The notes beneath the pieces are model-generated. The model was given only the letters and a program-made list of their open reading frames with translations, made no database searches and had not been told where the DNA came from. This document shows positions 30,801 to 42,800 of a DNA stretch of 64,000 nt, one piece after another. Source of the stretch: Thermoplasmatota archaeon (GTDB taxonomy: Archaea > Thermoplasmatota > JAKEGO01); contig JANQNK010000006.1 of assembly GCA_028279595.1 (NCBI GenBank), positions 64,001 through 128,000 on the forward strand, written 5' to 3'. How positions within the stretch are numbered: the first letter of the stretch is position 1; every line of letters starts with the position of its first letter. A program made the translations under genes and the position numbers.

Positions 30801-33800
30801 CCGACCTGAACCTCAGCGCCACCGACGGCAACGGCACCGGTGTGGACGAGATCTACTACAGGATCTGGTACAACGCCGATCCATGGAGCGGATGGCTCAC
30901 CTACTCCGGCGACTTCCAGCTGAGCGGCGAGTGCACCCACCACGTGGAGTTCTACGCCGAGGACAACATCGGCAATACGGAAATGGTTCAGAACGAGACC
31001 TTCTATGTGGACCTCACCGCACCGACGACGACCGAGACCATCGGATCACCGTCGTCAGGCACATGGATCACGTCCTCGACCTCGATCAGCTATGCCGCGA
31101 CCGATGCGGGATGCAATGGCGGCGTCGGACTGGACGAGATATACTACAACCACTGGTACGGCGGCACCTGGGACGGCTACGTGACCTACAGCGGTGCAAT
31201 TACCCTCGCTGGCGAGGGCACCCACCACATCCTGGTCTACGCTGACGACCTGCTCGCGAACTCCGAGACCCCGACCAACTACACATACACACTCGATGAC
31301 ACGGCACCCGTCACCACCAACACGGTCGGGACGCCCAACTCCGGAATGTACGTGACATCTGCGACCACGTTCACACTGGGAGCGACCGACACGGGTGGTG
31401 TCGGAGTCGCTACCACAGAATACCGTGTCTACAACGGCGCCACCTGGACCGGATGGACCACCTATGCGGCTCCGTTCACACTTCCGGGGATCGATGGCAC
31501 CTACTTCATCGAGTTCAACTCCACCGACCTGGTTGCGAACGCGGAATCGACCAACAACGAGACCTACATAGTGGACGACACCGACCCCGTGAGCGTCAAG
31601 TACGTGGGAACCCCGCGGAACGGCACGATGGGAATGTGGGTGAACCAGTCGACCGTGTTCAACTTCACCGCGAACGACACCGGCGCCGGCATAGACGAGA
31701 TCTACTACAGGATCTGGACCGGCGGCGATCCGTGGGGCTCGTGGAACACATATTCGGGCAACTGGACATTCGGCGAGGACTGCTTCCACATAATCGAGTG
31801 GTACGCGGAGGACCTCGTGGGCAATGTTGAGGCGACACAGAACCAGACGCATTACGTCGACTCCGAGGGTCCGTGGTCCTACATATGGGTCGGAGAACCG
31901 AGCTTCAGGTTCAACGTGACGACCTCGACCGTCTTCAACCTTACCGCGTTCGACAACGGATGCAACTTCGGCGTCGGAGGCGAGATGATAATGTACAGGC
32001 TCTGGCACAACGGAAGCTGGGGGTCCGGATGGATGACCTATTCCGGAAACTTCTCGCTATCCGAGTGGGGAATGTACATAATCGAGTGGTACTCGTACGA
32101 CGAGCTCGGGAACATCGACTGGGTCTTCGACTACAACAACCAGACCTACTACGTCGATGACAGCGCTCCCGGGACCACCATCGCCCTCGGAACTCCGAAC
32201 TACTACGATGGAGCGGACTACTGGGTCAACGACACCACCACGATCGGCTTCACCATCGACGACGGCACCGGCGTCGGCCTCAACGCCACCTGGTACCGCA
32301 TATGGTACGGAAGCGATCCGTGGAGCTCGTGGACTAACCACACCGCGGCCGGCGACTTCATGCTCGGCCTTGGCGATGGCATGTACCACATCGAGTTCTT
32401 CTCGACCGACCTGATCGGCAACAACGAGAGCTCGACGAACTTCACAGTGTACGTCGATTCCGTCGCACCATCGATCAGCATCTCCGACATCACCGAGCAG
32501 AGGTACGACTTCGGGAACGGCACCCGTGTACCGAGCATCTACCTCTACACCCCGGGAACGGCCACTGTCTACTATGGCGACGACATGACCGCGGAGCAGT
32601 TGTTCTACATAAACGGTACGGCTAGCGATGCCAATTCCGGATTCCAGGAGGTCACATACTCGACCCTCCTCGGAGACACTCCGGCGACTGACACCTCGAG
32701 CCCGTGGTCGGCCACGTACGGCGCAGAGGCTACCGACGCGGACGGAACGATCACCATCACGGCATACGACAACCTGGACCAGATGACCCAGGTGACGGTA
32801 ACCGTGACGCAGGATACGACGGACCCGACGATCACCGACGGTGATTGGTCCGAGTCCTCGACCTTCCTGTGGGTGGACCTGACGAATGACACCACGGACA
32901 ACAGCATCGCATACAACACGAACGGCATGACAGGCACCTACATCGGCACACTCGCCCTGGACATCAACGACGATGTTCAGCTCGACCGCGGACAGTACAG
33001 CGTCGCGGTGGGATGGATCGGCGCACCCTGGCAGTTCTTCTCGGGTGTCTCCACCACCACCAACGTGCAGTACCAGTTCAACTCGGGCGATACGTGGAAC
33101 GCAACGATCTCCGTGTTCATCTACGACAAGGTGAACAACTATCAGGGACAGACCGGCGTATACGCGATCTATCGCGACACCTTCGATCCGAGGGTGCGCG
33201 TGACCTCGATATCCGAGTCGAGCATCTATCTCCACTCGCCTGACACGAGCACACTCGTGTTCGGCGACGGCATGGGTTCAGAGCAGTCCTTCACCATCAA
33301 CGGCGTTGCGAGCGATCCGTTCAGCGGACTCGCGAACGTGAGCTTCAGCAGCTACGCGGGAGACAGCCCCTCCGATACTGCTGTGAGCCCATGGGCGGCC
33401 GTCTACGGTGTGGACAACGCGGACGTCGCAGGTGTGATCAACATCACCGCCTATGACAACATGGGCAACACGAAGATGATCAATGTGACGACGATCCGCG
33501 ATACGGATGCACCGTCGATCTCCAGCGTGCTTATTACCGATCTGACCCTTGGGTCCACGACATACGTGGCTGACGGCGATGATATCCAGGTAACTGCCAC
33601 GATCACGGATGCCAATCAGGCCTACATGACGACATCCGACATCACTGCAGACCTCTGGATGTTCGGCGGAGGGAACGGAGTGAACCCCGATTGGTACAAT
33701 CCGACCACCGGCGAGGCGCACTGGAACCTATCGTCCGTGACGTGCTCTGTCTCGGATGGTCTCAACACCGTCTGGGTGAACGCCACTGACATCGTCGCCC

Positions 33801-36800
33801 ACACAGCGACGATGGGCAGCGACGACATAACGGCCGACAACAGCAACCCGATCATCGCTGTAACGAGCATAACCGAGTGGCCCGGAAGCGCGTACCTTTA
33901 CTCGCCCGACCTCGCGAACATCTACTTCGGCGACGACATGGGCTCGGAGCAGGACTTCTGGATCAACGGTACCGTGAGCGACGGTGGTTCCGGCATCAAG
34001 GCCATAACCTTCTCGTCACTGCTCGGTGAGAGCCCGGCGAACCAGACCTCGACCCCATGGGCCGTCATGTACGGCGCGGAGTCGACGGACGTCGGCGGGA
34101 CCATCACCATTACAGTGATAGATAATACGGACAACACCGCGCAGGTGACCGTCACGGTGACGCAGGATGCGACGAACCCGTCCTTCGACGACGGCGACTG
34201 GTCCGATGCGAGCTCGAACCTCTACGTCGACCTGACCGATGACACGTCCGATAACATGATCTACTACAGCCAGCTCATGGCGGGTACCGATTCCGGAACG
34301 CTCACCTTCGCGGTCAGCGACAACGTCGAGCTGTACGAGCTGGTGTACGACACCGGTGTGGGCGACGATGGCGACGACCTGTTGAGCGGCGCCTCGGCAA
34401 CACCTACCGTTGTCTACGGATTCGACTCCGCGGACACCTTCAGCAGCACGCTGACGATGGTCCTGACCGACGCCGTGGGCAACTCGGTAACCGATTCGAC
34501 CACATGGGAGATCGTGCTCGACACGACCGCTCCGGCAACGGCTATCACTGCGATAACCGAGACCAGCCCCTACCTGTGGGCTCCGGACCTCGCGACCCTG
34601 TACTTCGGCGACGACATGGCATCTGCACAGAGCTTCGATATCGACGGGACAGCCGTGGATGCGAGCTCCGGCCTGGACACGGTCACCTACTCCACCCTGC
34701 TTGGCGACAGCCCCGGGGCGGATACGACCAGCCCATGGTCGGCCACCTATGATGCGACCTTCACCGACACCGGTGGAACGATCAGCATAACCGCCACCGA
34801 CATGGTCGGCAACAACGTGGTGCTCAGCGTCACCGTGACACAGGACACCACTGCACCGAGCATCGACGACGGCGACTGGTCCGAGTCATCGCTATACCTG
34901 TGGGTCAACACGACCGACGATACCACCGACAACACGATCTACTACGGCGACGACATGACGGGCACCGAGATCGGTACCCTGACGCTCGACCTTTCCGATG
35001 CGATCGGACTCCAGAACATCACCTACATGTGGGGAGTCGGCCACGACGGCAACGAGACCCTTACCGGCACGTCCGACACGATATCCGTTGACTACGACTT
35101 CGAGTCGACCGACACGTGGACCGGGACCCTGACCATAACCTCCTGGGACATGGTTGACAACGTCGTCACCGACGTTCTCACCTGGGACATAATGAGGGAT
35201 GTGACGGCACCGGTCGTCAGCAACGTCGTGATACTCGATCTGAACTACACGAACCCGAACTGGACCGCCGACGACAGGAGCGTGCAGGTGACCGCAACGG
35301 TGACCGGCGCTGACTACATGGGCGGCGGAATGATCCAGGCGAACCTGACAGGACTCGGCGGCGCGGTCGATGCCGCACCCGACAACTACTGGTTCGGCAA
35401 CAACACGGCGATCTGGTATGTCGATCCGACGACCTGCGACCCGTCGAACGGGAACGTGACCATCGACGTCCATGCGTGGGACTACGTCTACAACTACCAC
35501 ATGGACAACGACACGATCAGGTCCGATAACACCGGCCCGCAGATCAGCAGCGTGTTGATAACCGACATCACCGACTTCGCGACCGACTTCACCAGCGACG
35601 GGCACCAGATGCTCGTCGAGGTGACCATCGTCGACGCATTCGTTGACCAGATACCCGTGACAAGCATCACGGCAGACCTGACGGATCTCGGAGGGAACGT
35701 AAGTGACAACCCGAACACCTGGTTGCCTGGCCTGGGATATGCATCGTGGGCGTTCAGCCCGTCCTTGTGCACGCCCTCCGACGGTATCGTTACCGTATGG
35801 GTCAACGTCACCGACGCCGCGAACAACACGGCGGATCAGGCGAACGACACGATCCGGTCCGACAACAGCGCACCCACGATCTCGAGCGTATACATCTATG
35901 ACCAGACCAACGGCAGGGACGACTACGTGAAGGACGGCGACGACGTCCAGATAACCGCCACGATCACCGACACATGGATGTCCTTCATGGACACATCGAT
36001 GATCGAGGCCAATCTCAGCGAGATCGGCTACGGATGGCACGTTGCCCCCGACTTCTACAACACCGTTACCGGCATGACCTACTGGAACATCACGAACGTC
36101 AACGTCACCGATGCGACGAGCACCGTGACCGTCGATGCACGTGACTTCATCTTCAACTTCGCGACACAGCAGAGCGACGATATCATTGGAGATGTCACTG
36201 CGCCGACCATCGAGATGGTGGTCATTACCGACACGACGCTCGGTCTGACGAACTACAGCACCGACGGCGACGACGTACAGATAACTGTATATGTGAACGA
36301 CACGAACCAGGCGGACATCACCACGTCTATGATAACCGCGGACCTGACCGGCTTCAGCCTTGGAGCCGCTGTCAATCCGGACGGATATGGCACGGGATCC
36401 GGTATGGCATACTGGAACCTGACCTCCGTATCCTACCTGGCAGAGGGAACGGTGACCGTCGATGTCGACGCGGCCGATCCTGCAGGGAACGCGGGAACGC
36501 AGGCATCCGGTTCGATCATAGCGGACAACACAGCACCCACGATCGGATCGCCGTCGATCACCGACACGACGATCTCGTCGACGATGTTCGTCAAGAACGG
36601 CGACAACGCGATGATCCTCGCTTGGATAAACGACACCAACATGCTGAACATCACCGCGGACACCACCGGTCTGGACTTCTTCGGAACCCAGTGGGATACA
36701 CCGACCTGGAGGAACGCGGTCACCGGCAAGACCATCTGGAACATCACCGGAACTACCTGCAACCCGTCGGATGCGGACATAACCGTCACCTGGCGCGTAT

Positions 36801-39800
36801 ACGATCAGGCGATGCACCTGACGACAGTGACCGATACGATCACTGCTGACAACACCGGACCGTCCATCGCTGCTGTATACATCTACGACCAGACCCTGGG
36901 CCGGGACGACTATGCAAAGACCGGCGACGATATCCAGGTCACCGCTTACGTGAACGACACGTGGCAGGCCTACATCACCGCCAGCGACATAACGGCGGAC
37001 CTTGCGGGCCTCGGCGGCGGTCTCTTCACGAACCCCGACTACTACGACACCGTGAGCGGTCTGTGCATCTGGAACATCACGCCAGCCACCGTGACCCCGG
37101 GCATCGTGACCGTCTCGGTCGACGCCCTGGACGACGTTGGCAATGCGGGTGCCCAGCAGACGGACACCATCATCGGCGACAACACTGCCCCGACGATACA
37201 GGCTGTGACGATCACCGATACGACCCTCATGCAGACCAACTTCACCACCGACGGGAACGACATCCAGATAACCGCCTACATCAACGACACGTACCAGTTC
37301 GACATCACGACCTCGATGATCACGGCGGACCTGACCGGCTTCAGCCTGGGAGCCGCTGTCAATCCTGATGGATATGGCACCGGGTCCGGCATGGCATACT
37401 GGAACCTGACGGCCGTGACCTGCTCACCGTCCGACGGCACGATCAACGTGGACGTCGACGCGGTCGACCCGGCCGGCAACGCTGGGACCCAGTCCTCCGG
37501 CTCGATAGTCGCGGACAACACCGCGGTCACCATCGAGATGCTCGAGGCCACCGACACGACGCAATCCACGACACTCTACATTGTGAACGGCGAGAACGTC
37601 GCTGTGTTCGCATACGTGAACGAGACGAACCTCATGAACGTCACGGCCGACATGACCGGCTTCGGTGGTGGTATGTGGGACGCCCCAGACTTCCACAACA
37701 CCGGAACCGGTGTCGCGTGGTGGAACATCACCGGCGTGTCCCTCAGCCCGAGCGACGGAGTGATAACCGTTACCGTCACGGCATACGACCAGGTCTACGC
37801 GATGACAGTCGACACCGACACGATCATCGCGGACAACACCGGACCGACGATCGAGGCAGTTACCATAACGAACAACAACACCGGAAGCACCCAGTTCGTC
37901 ACACAGGGGATCAACGTGACCGTTACGGCGTTCATCAACGACACCAACCAGGTGTCGATAACGACGTCCGAGATCACCGCGGACCTGACGAACCTGGGCG
38001 GAGTCTTGTTCCAGAACCCCGACATGTACAACACGGGAACTGGCGTGGCGACCTGGTACGTCAACAACATCGCGACGCTGCCCTTCGAGGGTCTTGTGAC
38101 CATAACCGTGGATGCCGAGGACTTCATGGGCAGCACCGGTATACAGGCGAGCGGAACGACCACGGCCGACAACGGACCGCCCAGCATCAACTGGACCGCC
38201 ATCGAGGACCAGACGCTCTCGAGCATGACCTGGACCAAGGACGGCGACACCATGAGGCTGAACGTGACCGTCTTCGACGGCTCACTGTCGTTCATGACGA
38301 CCGCTGACATCTGGGCCGACCTGACGGTGTGGGGCCTCGCGGCCAACACCACCGCTGACACGTTCAACAACGTGACCGGCGACGCCGAATGGGTCTTCTC
38401 GTCCGTTGCATCGACACCGGCCGACGGAGTGGTGACCACTTGGGTCTACTGCCGCGACATAGGCGGTAACTTCGCCAACGCGACCTGGGTCAACATAACT
38501 GCTGACAACACCGACCCGAGCATCTCCGGTGAGCTGATCACCGATGAGACATCCTCGAGGACCGACTTCATCACTGACGGCGACGACGTCTCCGTCTATG
38601 CGATGATATCCGACCTGAACTTCCTGAACACCACGGCCGACATGACCGGCTTCGGTGGCGGGATGTGGGACACCCCGACCTTCCGCAACGCGGGAACCGG
38701 AGTGACCTGGTGGAACATCAGCGGGATCAGCGCGACCCCGACCGACGGCATGATCTACGTGAACATAAGCGCGTACGACTCCGTCCTCAATTTGGTGGTC
38801 GTGATGGAGACGATCATGGTGGACACGACCGCACCTGTCATCGCATCGGTGTTGATCACTGACACCACAGTCCCGCACACGACCTACGTGAAGGACGGTG
38901 ACGATGTACAGGTGACCGCGACGATCACCGACATGTTCCAGAGCTACATGGACACGTCGTTGATATCCGCCGACCTGACGGGCTTCGGACTTGGAGCCGC
39001 TGTCGCACCAGACTACTACGACACCATGACCGGCATGACCTACTGGAACCTGACCTCGGTCACGTGCACGCCATCCGATGGTACTATCACCGTCGCCGTG
39101 GACGCAGATGACTTCAACGACAACTCGGCCACCCAGATGAGCGACGACATCGTGGCGGACAACACACCGCCTGTCATAACCAGCGTGCTGATAACGGATA
39201 CGACGATCTCGAGCACATCATGGGTCGTCGACGGACACGACGTACAGGTCACGGCCAACATACTGCCGACGGACAACCTGACGGTAACCGCCGACCTGAC
39301 CGAGCTCGGAGGAGGCGCTGCAGTCGCGCCGTCGTACTACGACCTCGGCACCGGCGACGCCTACTGGAACATGACCTCTGTCACGTGCACTCCGTCCGAC
39401 GGAGTGATCACGGTGACCGTGGACGCGGCCGACTTCGTGGGCCACACCGACTCCGACACCGACACCATCACCAGCGACAACACCGCACCGACGCTCTCGA
39501 TAACGGTCGGATCGCCGTCCTTCGGCACACTCCCGACCTACGTGACGGATGCGACCGACTTCACTCTGACCGCTGGAGATACCGGAAGCGGTATCGCCAC
39601 GACCGAGTACTACGTGGATGCGACGCCCTGGAACACCTACGTCGGTGCGTTCAACGTGCTGACAGAGGGCGCACACACGATCTACTACAGGACCACCGAC
39701 AACGCGGGATGGGTGACGAGCGGCTCGCTCGACATCTTCGTGGACCTGACGGCACCGTCCGCATCGGGCGCGTGGAGCGAAACGTCGATATACCTGTTCG

Positions 39801-42800
39801 TTGACGTCTCCGGAACACTCTGGTTCGGCGACGCGATGGGTGGCTCGGCCATGTTCCCAGTCCTCAGCGGTACCGCTGCAGATGCGGGATCCGGCCTGGC
39901 CTCCGTGACATTCTCGACCGAGTTCGGCGACACCCCGACAAATTCGGGAACGTTGGCCGCCTGGTCGACAGGAGGTTACGGCATCGACTCGACGGACACC
40001 GACACCGACTCGCCCGCCCAGGTGACGATAACCGACAATGTCGGTCATACGACCGTTCTGGACTTCGCCTATGCGGAGGACAACACGGCCCCGATGATCG
40101 ATGACGGTGACTTCGTTGCTGGCGGCGGCCATCTGTACGTCGACACCACTGACGACACCAGCGACAACACGATCTACTATGGCGACGACATGACCGGGTC
40201 CGAACTCGGTTGGCTGATAACAGCGATCTCGGACAACATCGGTCTAGCATCGATGGAATTCCAGACGGCCGTTGGACATGATGGCAATCATGTCTTCCCG
40301 ACGGCGCCGGTCGGATTCTCGCCATGGGTCAACTACTCCTTCGAGAACACTGATACGTTCAGTGGAGCACTGAACCTGAGTGTGACAGATGTCGTGGGCA
40401 ACAACTACTATGACGCGACGACATGGAGCATCATCCGCGACACGTCCGCACCGACGATCTGGGACGGCGACTGGAGCGAGAGTTCCAGCGACCTCTACGT
40501 GGATACGACGTCCGAGTTCACCGACAACACAATAATGTACGGTTCGAGCATGACCAGCACGGAGTACGGAACACTGACTTTCGGATTCGAGGACAACGTA
40601 CAGCTTGCAGGCGCAACCTACACTGTCGCCGTCGGGAACGACGGGGACGATACGTTCTCGGGAACCAACGTGACCGAGACCGTCGTCTACGGCTTCGACT
40701 CCACCGACACCTTCACCGGATTCATTACCGTGACAGTGACGGACGCGGTGGGCAACTCCCTCGCAGTAGGCTCGGAGTGGCAGATCACACGTGACGTGAC
40801 CGCACCGACGATCAACACCGGCGAGTGGGCCGGACCCGACGTGGGCATCTACATCGACTCCGGTCTGGACAAGATGTGGTTCGGTGACAGCATGACCTCC
40901 GCACTCAGGGTGTGGATAAATGGTACGGCGACCGACACTAGCGCTGTCGAGCGTGTCGAGTTCACAACGGAGCCCAACCTCGCGAGCAGCCCGTCCACGC
41001 ACTGGATCAACGGCACCGGCACGGTCGACTGGTACGGCATGTACACCGTCGACCAGACATCGTCGGCCACGACAGAGGAGACAGCGACAGTGACCGTCTA
41101 CGATATCGTCGGCAACTACGCAACTGCGAACTTCACGTACCAGGAGGACACTGAGGCCCCGACGTATTCAGGTGTGATGTGGGTCGAGGGCGCGAACCCC
41201 AACGCGTTCCCGCTTCCCGACTCCGACTACCTGTTCGTCGACGGCGTCGACACCCTGTGGTTCAGCGACGAGATGCCAGGCATCGAGTATGCCTCCATCT
41301 ACGCGCAGGTCGAGGACAACTTCCTCATCGAGAAGGCCGCGTACTCGGACGAGCCCAACCTGGCGGACAGCCCGTCGGACGAGTTCATGTACACTAACAG
41401 CACCTTCCTGGTCGCAAGCCGCTACGGATTCAGCGACACCAGCGACGATGGGGACGGCGAGATCACCGTGACCCTGACCGACGTCGTGGGCAACTTCGTG
41501 GAGTTCACGATGGACTACGACTGGGACCCGATCGCACCGCAGATCCACGACATGTACTGGGCGGAGAGCTCCTCCTACCTGTACATCGACGGCTCGGACA
41601 CCCTCTGGTTCGGTGACGGCATGTTCCCGAACGTAGACTTCGCTGACATGTTCGGAAACGTCTCCGACAACGTTATGCTCGACTACGCCGAGTACAGCGA
41701 GGAGCCGACCATCGCCCGCTCACCGGGTGACGGACAGGCCCCCGCGATCGACGAGATATTCATCTTCTCGTACGACCGCGAGGACATCTGGACCGAGTAC
41801 GGCTTCGACTCCAGCAGCTCCAACGGCGACAGGCACATCAACGTGACCGTCTACGACAAGGTGGGCAACTACGCCGAGGGAGCACTCTGGTTCGAGCGCG
41901 ACGTGTCGGCACCCGTGTTCGCCAACGAGACATGGATGGAGGACTCCTCCTACCTGTGGATCGACGGAGACGGCGACCTGTGGTTCGGCGACGACATGAT
42001 GATGGAGGAGACCGGAACGGTCTACGGAGAGATAACCGAGAACGCGGAGCTCTTCATGATCGAGTTCAGCAGCGAGGGCAACCTCGCGAGCTCGCCGACC
42101 GCCATAATGACCATGGGCACGACGTACACCTTCATGGAGGACTACGGATTCGACGCCAGCAGCACCATCGGCGACGGCATGGTCGTCGTGACCGCCTACG
42201 ACCAGGTGAACAACACGAACTTCATCGTACTCGACTACGGAACCGACTTCAGGGCACCCAACCTGAACAACACCGAGTGGGAGGAGAACAATGCGTTCAT
42301 GCACATCGACGGCTCCGGCACTCTCTGGTTCAGCAACGCGATGCAGGTCAGCCAGATCGCCTACATAGAGGGCGAGATCTGGGACAACCTGGCATTCGGC
42401 ATGGTGACCTTCTCGGACGAGACGGGCTCCTTCGTCGAGCATTATCTCCCGTACATGGAGGGAATGACCGGCGAGGATGAGTTCGACACGGAGTACGAGT
42501 TCAACACGACAGCGATCGACACCGACTCACCGGTGACGGTGACCCTCGCAGACGCGGTGAACAACACTGCGACCGCGACGCTCACCTACTCGCTCGACGC
42601 GACCGCCCCGATGGCGAACATAACGTCCATGATGAACTACGATGTGCTGAACGACACGCACGCCGCAGTGACGCAGGACCTCGCGGGATGGTACTGGACG
42701 ATCTCCGGAGTCGGCTTCGATGCCGGCAGCGGTATCGACACCATCGAGCTGTCCATAGACGGTGGAGCAGCGGTCACCGCCACGAACGGCGGCGGCTGGG

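Noticed and set aside
30720-42600. CRISPR array or diversity-generating retroelement
   Set aside because: The repeats are in-frame protein domains with synonymous, not adenine-specific, differences; there is no spacer structure, reverse transcriptase or cas gene.
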